Shown here in pieces: positions 9,315-17,809 of a stretch of DNA of 47,841 nucleotides. The translations under genes were made by a program, and so were the position numbers. Within the stretch, counting starts at the first letter, position 1. Every line of letters starts with the position of its first letter. The notes beneath the pieces were generated by a model, which worked only from the letters and a program-made list of their open reading frames with translations, ran no database searches and was not told the DNA's origin. Source of the DNA: Anaerolineales bacterium (GTDB lineage Bacteria > Chloroflexota > Anaerolineae > Anaerolineales > UBA4823); contig JBFENN010000002.1 of the NCBI GenBank assembly GCA_041551115.1, positions 1 through 47,841 on the forward strand. The letters run 5' to 3'.

Positions 9315-10019
9315 TTACAACTTGCCACCAAGATCCTCAATTAATTCAATCATTCGGTCTTTCACATTGACTATATGGGCTCTTAGGGCAGATTTCAACG
9401 CCTCGAGATCCTCTGCTTCAAGGGCTGTTACCATGGCTTGATGTTCAACCTGGGCTTGCAGTGCATTCTCAACTGTATCTGAGTAGTGGGCGCGAGCGAT
9501 GCGCATATGGATATTCAATTCATTGTAGATTGTGAAAAGGCGCTGATTGCCTAACTGCTCTACTATCAGTGTATGCAGGTCCCGGTCCCCGGAGATAAAT
9601 GCTTCATAATCAACATAATCGTCTTCTGAAATCGCTGCCTGCATACGGTCTAAGTATGGCGCGAATCCTTGGAGCAATTGTTGAACCTTGTTTTTTCTAA
9701 ACAATTCTTCAGCTGCATACAGTTCAATCAGCAGGCGGATTTCAAAAAGTTCAGCAACATCTCGTTTAGTGACTTCGGTTACAAAGGTTCCTCGGCGTGG
9801 GCGGATCTCTACCAAACCATCACCCTCTAACAGCTTGAGAGCGTTTACGACCGGCGTCCGGCTGACACCCAGCCCGCTGGCAACTGTCTCTACTGAAATT
9901 TTTTCACCCGGTTGCATTTGACGCTTTAGTATCCTTTCCCTTAAAATATTGTAGGCTTGATCTGTTAAATCCAAGCGATTAAGGGCGGGATACTCCACGG
10001 TTGTCGGGGGGTTATCCAT
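9315..10019 (-). CDS. GntR-family transcriptional regulator, FadR/FCD subfamily
   Basis: 234 aa. N-terminal winged HTH (SVETVASGLGVSRTPVVNALKLLEGDGLVEIRPRRGTFV) followed by an all-helical FCD-like C-terminal domain. It sits between the two catabolic operons. Confidence 0.9.
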   Translation of the reverse strand: MDNPPTTVEYPALNRLDLTDQAYNILRERILKRQMQPGEKISVETVASGLGVSRTPVVNALKLLEGDGLVEIRPRRGTFVTEVTKRDVAELFEIRLLIELYAAEELFRKNKVQQLLQGFAPYLDRMQAAISEDDYVDYEAFISGDRDLHTLIVEQLGNQRLFTIYNELNIHMRIARAHYSDTVENALQAQVEHQAMVTALEAEDLEALKSALRAHIVNVKDRMIELIEDLGGKL

Positions 10020-10073
10020 GGGATCTAGATATCGTCAAGATAGTGGATCAGGGCATACATAAAAAGAGAAGTT

Positions 10074-10108
10074 GGTAAAATGTAATATTTTACATGTGAT
10101 ATGTTACC
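10074..10108. promoter_or_regulatory. Candidate GntR operator cluster in the gntR / xdhC-like divergent region
   Basis: GGTAAAATGTAATATTTTACATGTGATATGTTACC. It contains the perfect palindrome TGTAA-TATT-TTACA (10081-10094), an overlapping ACAT-N5-ATGT, and the outer inverted repeat GGTAA...TTACC. Confidence 0.55.
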
Positions 10109-10189
10109 AAGATTTAATTGCATTGTCAATAGCTCACCCTAGAAGCGGCTATATTGAAACTATGGGAGACCAAAATTGAGAGAAACGAG

Positions 10190-11230
10190 ATGCTGGAAGT
10201 AATTGAAGATATCCGAAGGTGGCAAGAATCCGGTGAAGATGTGGCCCTGGCGACGGTGGTCAGTACCTGGGGATCATCACCACGCGGTGTTGGGGCGAAA
10301 ATGGCGTTTACCAGCAACACAAAAATCGCTGGCTCCGTTAGCGGCGGCTGCGTCGAAGGCGCAGTAATAGATGCTGGTATCCAAATTTTAACGACAGGAG
10401 ACTCAAAACTGTTGAATTTTGGTGTTGCCGACGAGACAGCCTTTGAGGTTGGTTTGGCATGCGGTGGCAGTATCGAAGTATTTGTTACCAAAGTCAATCC
10501 AGAATTGCTGATCGCCATTCAAAACCAGCTCAGTGCCAGCGTAGTAAGTGCCGTAGTTACCGTGATTGCAGGTCCCTTGGTGATGATCGGTAAAACCTTA
10601 CTCCATACCAAGGAACACACCTACGGCTCGATTAATCCTGATTTGGATGAGATCGCTATAAAAATTGCTGCAGAAGCTCTACTCAATAACCGTTCTGGTG
10701 ATCAAGAAGTAGAAACCGGAGCTGGCGAAAAAGTACGTTTGTTTATTGACGTGATCCCCCCTCCACCAGTGCTGGTGATGGTCGGTGGTGTGCATATCGC
10801 GATCACACTCAGCGCCCTAGCGAAGGCATTGGGCTACCATACGATCGTCATTGACCCACGCAAAGTATTCGGTTCCGAAGAGCGTTTCCCAGAGGTTGAC
10901 CAATTAATCCAAGCCTGGCCAAATCGTGCTCTGGAACAAATCTCTCTAAACAGCTCAACCGCGGTTGCAGTGCTGACGCACGACCCAAAGATCGATGACC
11001 CTGCGCTGAAAGTGGTACTGGAAAGTGACGTATTCTATATTGGGGTATTAGGCAGCCGTAAGACCCATGAAAAACGCCGGCAGCGGTTGCTTGCAGCAGG
11101 GATATCGCCAGCCCTACTCGACCAATTACATGCGCCGATTGGGATCGATTTAGGGGGGTGCACACCAGAGGAAACCGCCCTTGAAGTTATGGCACAAATC
11201 ACTTCCGTCAGACGTGGTCATACCGGCTAG
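10190..11230 (+). CDS. XdhC/CoxI-family protein (putative cofactor-insertion/accessory protein)
   Basis: ALATVVSTWGSSPRGVGAKMAF...GSVSGGCVEGAV forms the XdhC_CoxI N-domain. The Rossmann-like C-domain is VLVMVGGVHIA...VLTHDPKIDDPAL...IGVLGSRKT. The track ORF starts at TTG 10154; I prefer the ATG at 10190 (MLEVIEDIRRW). Confidence 0.8.
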   Translation: MLEVIEDIRRWQESGEDVALATVVSTWGSSPRGVGAKMAFTSNTKIAGSVSGGCVEGAVIDAGIQILTTGDSKLLNFGVADETAFEVGLACGGSIEVFVTKVNPELLIAIQNQLSASVVSAVVTVIAGPLVMIGKTLLHTKEHTYGSINPDLDEIAIKIAAEALLNNRSGDQEVETGAGEKVRLFIDVIPPPPVLVMVGGVHIAITLSALAKALGYHTIVIDPRKVFGSEERFPEVDQLIQAWPNRALEQISLNSSTAVAVLTHDPKIDDPALKVVLESDVFYIGVLGSRKTHEKRRQRLLAAGISPALLDQLHAPIGIDLGGCTPEETALEVMAQITSVRRGHTG

Positions 11231-11257
11231 AAAATTGGGCATATTGGGAGGGTGGTA

Positions 11258-11286
11258 TTGACAAAGAAAGCACCCCTCTTTATAAT
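11258..11286 (+). promoter_or_regulatory. Consensus sigma70-type promoter of the plus-strand catabolic operon
   Basis: TTGACA (11258-11263), exactly 17 bp of spacer, then TATAAT (11281-11286). Confidence 0.7.
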
Positions 11287-11290
11287 GAAT

Positions 11291-11319
11291 TGTAACATTT
11301 TACATTTTACATGTAACAT
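11291..11319. promoter_or_regulatory. Candidate GntR operator directly downstream of the -10 element
   Basis: TGTAA-CATT-TTACA (11291-11304), then the perfect 10-bp palindrome TTACATGTAA (11307-11316). The sequence ATTTTACATGT is shared with the 10081 site. Confidence 0.55.
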
Positions 11320-11430
11320 ATTAACACACGGGTCAGTTACCAGTTGCCCTACATTCTGGGCATGCCATTCCTTATCCATCAAACGCAGTATATACGTACA
11401 TACCGTTTCTCAGAAAGCAGGAGGCAGGTT

Positions 11431-12249
11431 ATGAACCCTGATGAGACCCGTAAAGCCCACTCACACACTTCTGTCCTGGAAAAACTATTCGGCCTAAGTG
11501 GCCGGGGTGCAATTGTCACCGGTGCTGGGCGCGGGTTAGGCAGGGCGATGGCAGCTGCATTAGCTCAAGCCGGTGCGGCTGTTGCCCTCTTTGATATTAA
11601 CTTGGAAGACGTTCAAGCTGCAGCTGCTGAGATCCAGGCCATGGGATGCAAAGCAGTTGCAGCCCAAATCAATGTAACGGAAGCTGAACAAGTCCAAGCT
11701 GGCATTAAGCTTGCGGTCGATACATTAGGACATATAGATATTCTCGTAAACAATGCCGGGGTCACTAGTCGAGCACCATTTGAAGAACTTGAAGAGGACG
11801 ACTGGGAGCGGGTGCTGCGGGTCAATTTGGGAGGCACTTACCAATGCACCCGTTGGATGGCGAAGCACTTAATCGACAATGCCAGCAGAGGATCAATCAT
11901 TAACATCGCCTCAATATCTGGACTGATCGGCAATCGCGGGGGCTACAACAGCCACTACTGCACAACAAAAGGCGGTGTAATAGCTATGACGCGCTCGCTT
12001 GCAGTTGAATGGGCTCCTCACGGCATTCGGGTCAATGCCATCGCACCAGGCTACATGGTCACCCCAATGACAGATCGCTTGAAGAATATTAATCGCGAAT
12101 TTTACGACGAATTGGTCGGGAGAGTTCCCATGGGACGATTTGGCGAAGGAACCGATTTGGCTGGTGCCGTCATCTATTTGGCTTCTCAGGCCTCAAAATT
12201 TGTGACCGGGAATATACTAGTTGTAGATGGCGGTTATACAGCCTGGTAA
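11431..12249 (+). CDS. Short-chain dehydrogenase/reductase (gluconate-5-dehydrogenase / KduD-like)
   Basis: VTGAGRGLG cofactor motif, LVNNAGV, and the catalytic YCTTK motif. An AGGAGG RBS lies 6 nt before the ATG at 11431. The track ORF from 11344 is an upstream extension. Confidence 0.9.
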   Translation: MNPDETRKAHSHTSVLEKLFGLSGRGAIVTGAGRGLGRAMAAALAQAGAAVALFDINLEDVQAAAAEIQAMGCKAVAAQINVTEAEQVQAGIKLAVDTLGHIDILVNNAGVTSRAPFEELEEDDWERVLRVNLGGTYQCTRWMAKHLIDNASRGSIINIASISGLIGNRGGYNSHYCTTKGGVIAMTRSLAVEWAPHGIRVNAIAPGYMVTPMTDRLKNINREFYDELVGRVPMGRFGEGTDLAGAVIYLASQASKFVTGNILVVDGGYTAW

Positions 12250-12289
12250 TCCATCATATCGAATACTACAAGAAAGTACGGAGAAAAAT

Positions 12290-13171
12290 ATGCTGCAACC
12301 ATATGGAATCATCCCCGCAATGGTGACCCCATTGACCGAGGCAGACAATATCAATGAATCCGCTCTTCGCAAGCTGACGAATTTCTTAATCAAGAACGGT
12401 GTCCATGGCGTTTTTGCGATCGGTAGCCAGGGCGAATTTTGGGCGTTTACAGCTGAGGAGAAGCAGCAGGTATGGGAAATTGTGGCAGAAGAGACCAATG
12501 GACGCGTACCTGTATACGCTGGGACAGCCGCGGTAACAACACGAGAAGCGATCAATCTTACCCAAAGAGCAGAGGCAATCGGCGTCGATGCGGTTTCTGT
12601 ACTGACGCCATTCTTTATAAATCCAAATGAGGAAGAGCTATATCAGCATTTCCGCGCGATTGCAGCAGCCACAAAATTGCCAATCTTACTTTATTCCAAT
12701 CCAGCCCGTACGGGTGTAAAAATGCCTGCCGGGTTGGTATCGAGGCTTGCTGAAATCGAGAATATCGTGGGAATGAAAGACTCAAGCGGGGATTTGACCT
12801 TAGCACAAGATTACTTGCGAGTAACCCAAGATGATTTTTCTCTAGTTATGGGGCGCGATACGCTGATCTTCTCTGGGCTGCTGCACGGTGCAAAAGGTGC
12901 TATCGCTGCAACTGCCAACGTTGTACCCGCATTAGTAGTAAAGATTTACGACCTCCTTCAGGACGGTGACCTCACCGGGGCATTAGCAGCCCAAGAGGAC
13001 CTGGCCCCGCTCAGGGGTGCTTTCACCTGGGGAACTTTCCCAGTTGTAATCAAAGAAGCATTGGATTTGATCGGTCTGGAAGGCGGCCCCAGCCGCGCAC
13101 CCGTTGGTCCAATGAGCCAACCGCAACGCGAGCGCTTACAGAACTTGCTCAAAGAACTGCAACTAATATAA
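12290..13171 (+). CDS. DapA/DHDPS-family class I aldolase (2-keto-3-deoxy-sugar-acid aldolase or dehydratase candidate)
   Basis: IIPAMVTPL, GVHGVFAIGSQGEF, YAGT, LYSNP, and the Schiff-base lysine context VGMKDSSGD. A GGAG RBS precedes the ATG at 12290. The track start at 12227 overlaps the SDR gene. Confidence 0.85.
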   Translation: MLQPYGIIPAMVTPLTEADNINESALRKLTNFLIKNGVHGVFAIGSQGEFWAFTAEEKQQVWEIVAEETNGRVPVYAGTAAVTTREAINLTQRAEAIGVDAVSVLTPFFINPNEEELYQHFRAIAAATKLPILLYSNPARTGVKMPAGLVSRLAEIENIVGMKDSSGDLTLAQDYLRVTQDDFSLVMGRDTLIFSGLLHGAKGAIAATANVVPALVVKIYDLLQDGDLTGALAAQEDLAPLRGAFTWGTFPVVIKEALDLIGLEGGPSRAPVGPMSQPQRERLQNLLKELQLI

Positions 13172-13200
13172 GAGCTACTATTCTATTAGGAGAACTACTG

Positions 13201-14253
13201 ATGGCTGAAAAAATGAAGGCGGTCAGGAAAATTAGATCCGCTCCGGGACTGGATCTGGTCGAGATCGATATCCCGGAAAACAAACCGGATGAAGTGCTGA
13301 TGAAGGTGGAGGCCACCGCGATATGCGGATCGGACCTCCATTTTTACAACTGGGATGCATTTGCCCAATCGAAGATCAAACCTCCACTCACGATCGGTCA
13401 TGAGTTTGCCGGCGAGATCGTTGCAGTGGGCCGGGAAGTGAAAGGATTTAAAGTTGGCGACTATGCGACCGCCGACAGTCATATCGTCTGTGGAAAATGC
13501 GGGGTATGTCAAATCGGTTTACAGCATATATGCCAAAACCTGAAAATATTTGGCAATGAAATAGATGGCAGCTTTGCAGAGTATATCGCTGTGCCTGAGA
13601 GCTCATTGTGGCGGCTATCTCGAGATGTTCCATCAGAAATCGGCGCCCTGCTCGAACCGGTTGGTGGTGCCGTCCAGGCGACATTAATCGAGCCAGTTAC
13701 TGCTCAATCCGTAGTAATCTTTGGTGATGGGCCTATCGGACTAGCGGCTGTGGCGGTAGCTAACGTTGCCGGTGCTAGCAGCGTATCGCTGGTTGGGATC
13801 GTGCCTTCACGGCTTGATGTTGCTCGCCAGATGGGTGCAGATGCCGTATATAATGCAGTAGAAGATAAAGAAATCGTCGAGAAAATTCTGGCCGAGACAA
13901 ATGGTATGGGTGTGGATGTGGTTTTGGAAATATCTGGCGCCCATGCAGCTTTGAAAGACGCTTTCGCAGTTGTGCGTAAAGGGGGGCGAGTTACACTCTT
14001 CGGGATCAGCCCCGGACCAGTTCCAGAGTTCGATTTCAATTTTAATGTGATCCTAAAACAAGTGCGCGTGCGTGGTGTTGCAGGACGGCACATGTGGGAT
14101 ACCTGGAAGGAGCTGGATGGTTTAATGCAAACCGGTAGGCTGAACATACGCCCGCTAATTACCGGTGAATTACCCCTGGGACAGTTTGAGACCGGATTTA
14201 AACAGTTAACGTCTGGGAGTCGAGATGCACTTAAGGTGATACTTCGCCCCTAG
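13201..14253 (+). CDS. tdh: L-threonine-3-dehydrogenase-like zinc-dependent (MDR) dehydrogenase
   Basis: By-eye colinear match to remembered E. coli Tdh. AICGSDLHFYNWDAFAQSKIKPPLTIGHEFAGEIVAVGREVKGFKVGD...HIVCGKCGVC aligns with ICGTDVHIYNWDEW...GHEYVGEVV...GFKIGD...HITCGHC. AGRHMWDTWKEL aligns with YGREMFETWYKM. An AGGAG RBS is present. Confidence 0.7.
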   Translation: MAEKMKAVRKIRSAPGLDLVEIDIPENKPDEVLMKVEATAICGSDLHFYNWDAFAQSKIKPPLTIGHEFAGEIVAVGREVKGFKVGDYATADSHIVCGKCGVCQIGLQHICQNLKIFGNEIDGSFAEYIAVPESSLWRLSRDVPSEIGALLEPVGGAVQATLIEPVTAQSVVIFGDGPIGLAAVAVANVAGASSVSLVGIVPSRLDVARQMGADAVYNAVEDKEIVEKILAETNGMGVDVVLEISGAHAALKDAFAVVRKGGRVTLFGISPGPVPEFDFNFNVILKQVRVRGVAGRHMWDTWKELDGLMQTGRLNIRPLITGELPLGQFETGFKQLTSGSRDALKVILRP

Positions 14254-14321
14254 GTGATTGATTGCTTCAAGTGAAGACAACATGAACATAAACATCAACT
14301 AAGAACTGTGAGGAGAGATCA

Positions 14322-15809
14322 ATGGAAGCCAATAAAGAAATCGAAGCCTACCCGATGATAATTGGCAGTGAAATTGTCAAAGGCGCCTCAGGAGAGTATG
14401 TAGAAGTTTTCAACCCATCAACAGAGTCAATCGTCGGGAAGGTGCCTATTGCCAGCCCAGAAGAGATTGACCTGGCAGTCAAGACTGCCCAAGCAGCTTT
14501 TCTTGATTGGCGCGATACGCCCGCTTCAGAGCGGGGAGCGCTGATGATGAAGCTCATCCAGGCTGTGCGCGACAATATCGATGAGATAGCAGGTATCCTT
14601 ACCCAAGAACAAGGTAAGCCAATTTGGGCGGCAAAGGGTGAAGTAAACGGTTTCTGCGCCGTTATGGAGTTTTATGCCCAGGAAGCACGCCGCATCACCG
14701 GTAAGGTCCTGGAGTCAGATGCGCGCGATAAGTTCGTGTACGTGCTGCGCCATCCTATGGGGGTTATCGCCGCCATACCCCCATGGAACGACCCGCTGCA
14801 CCTTCTCAGCCGGATGATCGGTCCAGCCCTGGCAGCTGGGTGTACTGTCGTAGCGAAACCATCATCCGATACCCCTCTGGCAACAATCCGCATGGCCCAA
14901 GCTGTATTGGAAGCTGGTTTTCCACCCGGCGTGCTGAACGTTGTTACCGGACCAGGAGGCCGTACCGGAGAAGCGCTGGTAAGACATCCTTTGATTCGAA
15001 AAGCTGCTCTTACCGGCAGTGTTGCTGGTGGGCAGCAGGTCATGAAGGCGGCAGCTGAGGATATCAAGCGCGTTACCTTGGAGCTAGGGGGGCAATGTCC
15101 ATGCATCGTTTGGAATGATGCCGATCTGGTAAAGGCAGCCGAAGCACTGACATTCCAGGCTTTCCGCAGTACCGGGCAAGTGTGCAATCGGGTGAACCGC
15201 GTCTATGCGCATGAAGACATTTACGATGAATTGGTGAATGACGTCGCCACATTGGCATCGAGAGTTGTCGTAGGTGATGGTTTCAATGATGGAGTGGATA
15301 TCGGTCCACTGGTAAATGGGCGCCAGCTCAAATGGGTTGCATCCCAGGTGGAAGATGCTAAAGACAAAGGCGCCAAGGTCCTCTGTGGTGGTGAACGCAT
15401 CGGTGAGCAAGGGTTCTACTATGCTCCGACTGTGCTGGGTGATTGCGACCACAGTATGGAAGTCATGCGCGAGGAGACGTTCGGTCCAGTACTGGCCTTC
15501 ATGAAGATCGATGACGATCTGGACAAAGCATTTGAATACGCCAATGACACCATATTTGGCCTAAGTTCTTACTTCTTTAGTGCAGATGCCCGGCGCTGCT
15601 ATTTGGCCGCGAAACGCATGGAGGCTGGATCGATTTGGATCAATGATATCCATGGTTCCATGCTGCAGGCACCCTATGGCGGCATGAAACAGAGCGGCAT
15701 TGGACGGGAGCAGGGCTCAATTGCGATTGATGAATACCTGGAGTGGAAGACGGTATACCAAGAGATGAGCAACGAGTCACGTGGACCGCGTATGTGTGTT
15801 CACCGCTAG
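14322..15809 (+). CDS. NAD(P)-dependent aldehyde dehydrogenase
   Basis: 495 aa. Motifs IPPWNDP, LELGGQCP and the catalytic-Cys block FRSTGQVCNRVNR, plus EETFGPV. A GAGGAG RBS is present. Confidence 0.9.
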   Translation: MEANKEIEAYPMIIGSEIVKGASGEYVEVFNPSTESIVGKVPIASPEEIDLAVKTAQAAFLDWRDTPASERGALMMKLIQAVRDNIDEIAGILTQEQGKPIWAAKGEVNGFCAVMEFYAQEARRITGKVLESDARDKFVYVLRHPMGVIAAIPPWNDPLHLLSRMIGPALAAGCTVVAKPSSDTPLATIRMAQAVLEAGFPPGVLNVVTGPGGRTGEALVRHPLIRKAALTGSVAGGQQVMKAAAEDIKRVTLELGGQCPCIVWNDADLVKAAEALTFQAFRSTGQVCNRVNRVYAHEDIYDELVNDVATLASRVVVGDGFNDGVDIGPLVNGRQLKWVASQVEDAKDKGAKVLCGGERIGEQGFYYAPTVLGDCDHSMEVMREETFGPVLAFMKIDDDLDKAFEYANDTIFGLSSYFFSADARRCYLAAKRMEAGSIWINDIHGSMLQAPYGGMKQSGIGREQGSIAIDEYLEWKTVYQEMSNESRGPRMCVHR

Positions 15810-15874
15810 GAAGGGATACGATTCTCGTGGGTAAACAGATTTCACACAACCGGCGAGAGCAGGAGGCAGCATAG

Positions 15875-16828
15875 ATGTCCAAACCGGTCGTACTGTTATT
15901 TGAACCTATCCATTCTCAAGCAGTTGAACTGCTCGCACAGCATGCCGAGGTGCGCATGGCAGACAGCTTGGAGCCGGAGTACCTGCTTAATAATGTCTCT
16001 GAGGTACAGGGCATCATCATCCGGGCAAACGGAAAGGTTGATCGAGGGCTGATGGAAGCCTCACCCAATCTAAAAGTAATTGCCCGGCACGGTACAGGGG
16101 TCGAAGCAATTGATTTGTATGCAGCCCAAGAGTTAGGCATCAAAGTCGTCAATACACCAGAAGCCAACGTTGAATCGGTAGCCGAGCAGTGCCTGGGCAT
16201 GATGATCATCCTGGCAAAGCGCATACTGCAAGCAGACCGAGACCTGCGCAATGGTGATTGGGACTCTCGCTACCGACTGACCGGAGTCGAGCTGCTGGGC
16301 AAGACATTGGGCGTCGTAGGCATTGGGCGGATTGGCTACCGGGTGGCTGAACTCTGCCATCGAGGATTACACATGCCGGTGCTCTACTACGATATCGTGT
16401 CCAATCCGGAGGCAGAACAAGGACTCGGGGCTGTACGGGTTGAACTTGAACAGCTGCTGGAAACGTCGGATTTCGTCTCCATTCACCTTCCGCTAGTACC
16501 TGCAACCCGAGAAATAATCAATGCACAAGCACTGAACAGAATGAAATCATCCGCCTTCCTGATCAATTCGTCACGCGGTGCGGTCGTTGATCAAGCAGCT
16601 TTGATCCTGGCACTGCAGCACGGTACAATTGCCGGGGCTGGATTGGATGTATATGCATCAGAACCTCTACCTGCCAATAATCCGCTCTTGCAGCTTGAAA
16701 ACGTGGTGGTGACCCCACATATGGCCGCGCATACCGAGGAAGCTTTACTGCGGATGGCTATGATCGTCGAAGACGTAATCGCCGTGCTTGAGGGAGACGA
16801 ACCGAAAAACCCTGTTTTGGCAGGTTAA
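15875..16828 (+). CDS. D-isomer-specific 2-hydroxyacid dehydrogenase (glyoxylate/hydroxypyruvate reductase or PGDH-like)
   Basis: 317 aa. NAD-binding motif GVVGIGRIGYRVA, then NSSRGAVVD and PHMAAHTEE. An AGGAGG RBS is present. Confidence 0.9.
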   Translation: MSKPVVLLFEPIHSQAVELLAQHAEVRMADSLEPEYLLNNVSEVQGIIIRANGKVDRGLMEASPNLKVIARHGTGVEAIDLYAAQELGIKVVNTPEANVESVAEQCLGMMIILAKRILQADRDLRNGDWDSRYRLTGVELLGKTLGVVGIGRIGYRVAELCHRGLHMPVLYYDIVSNPEAEQGLGAVRVELEQLLETSDFVSIHLPLVPATREIINAQALNRMKSSAFLINSSRGAVVDQAALILALQHGTIAGAGLDVYASEPLPANNPLLQLENVVVTPHMAAHTEEALLRMAMIVEDVIAVLEGDEPKNPVLAG

Positions 16829-16868
16829 GTACCAAATCAAGCGAATATTCTTCAAGGAGCTAATATAC

Positions 16869-17786
16869 ATGGATAAACATTGGGCAAATTACTGCACGCT
16901 GAGTATCGTGCATTTCATGGCTTTCCCCAACACAATTACCGGAGAGGGCCCAATTGCAGATACTGTTGCTAAAATAGCGGCTGACCCTTTCTTTGGAGCT
17001 ATTGAGATCGGCTGGATCAAGGATCCAGCTGAAAGGGCAGAAGTAAAGCAAATTGTGGAAACCGCCCACATCCAAGTCGGTCATGGGGCACAATCTGCAT
17101 TGCTGTTGGGCAAACTGAATCTAAATTCCTTGGATGATGGCGAAAGAATGCAAGCAGTAGAGCAGCTGTACCGAAATGTAGATGAAGCCAAGGAGATGGG
17201 TGCTGCCAGGGTCGCTTTCCTGTCTGGCGCTGACCCAGGTGATGCTGAACGACCTCAGGCTTTGGAAGCTTTACGTAAATCAGTTAAGCAGGTGGCTGCC
17301 TACGCCAAAGAAAAAGGAATTGCACTGACGCTAGAGACATTTGATCGCTCAATCGATAAGAAAGCCCTGATCGGCCCCAGTACTTTAGCAGCCGAATTCT
17401 GTCAAAGCATCCGGCTTGACTATCCGGACTTTGGGCTCATGTACGATCTAAGTCACATGCCGCTCTTATATGAGACACCTGCAACCTCGCTTTCACCACT
17501 GAAAGATTGCCTCGTACACATCCATGTCGGAAATTGCGTGCTTGACCCGCAAACTCCCGGTTATGGTGATATGCACCCCCGGTTTGGGTGGCCTGGCGGC
17601 AGCAATGATGTCCCCGAATTAACAGAGTTCCTGCGCGGGCTGTTTAAGATTGGCTACCTCAGAGAAAACACCGCTGAGCGTCCCTGGATTGGCTTCGAGG
17701 TCAAACCACAAAGCGCAAATGAATCTTCAGAAATGGTCATCGCGAATGCGAAACGAGTTTGGCAAGAAGCTTGGTCACGCGCATAA
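16869..17786 (+). CDS. Xylose-isomerase-like TIM-barrel protein, the fifth paralog class in the island
   Basis: Blocks ALTLETFD, LMYDLSHM, LVHIHVGN and IGFEVKP. An AAGGAG RBS precedes the ATG at 16869. The track ORF from 16788 overlaps the upstream gene. Confidence 0.7.
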   Translation: MDKHWANYCTLSIVHFMAFPNTITGEGPIADTVAKIAADPFFGAIEIGWIKDPAERAEVKQIVETAHIQVGHGAQSALLLGKLNLNSLDDGERMQAVEQLYRNVDEAKEMGAARVAFLSGADPGDAERPQALEALRKSVKQVAAYAKEKGIALTLETFDRSIDKKALIGPSTLAAEFCQSIRLDYPDFGLMYDLSHMPLLYETPATSLSPLKDCLVHIHVGNCVLDPQTPGYGDMHPRFGWPGGSNDVPELTEFLRGLFKIGYLRENTAERPWIGFEVKPQSANESSEMVIANAKRVWQEAWSRA

Positions 17787-17809
17787 AAATAACCTTGGAG
17801 GAGCACACG

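Noticed and set aside
10126-10518. 130-aa minus-strand ORF overlapping the XdhC-like gene
   Set aside because: It is antisense to a well-supported CDS. It has S/T/P/A-rich low-complexity composition typical of shadow ORFs and no RBS.
13704-15187. Long antisense ORFs (147 aa at 13704-14147 and 171 aa at 14672-15187) inside the Tdh-like and ALDH genes
   Set aside because: The sense-strand genes have unmistakable family motifs. The antisense translations are Arg/Ser/Pro/Ala-rich with no recognisable domains.
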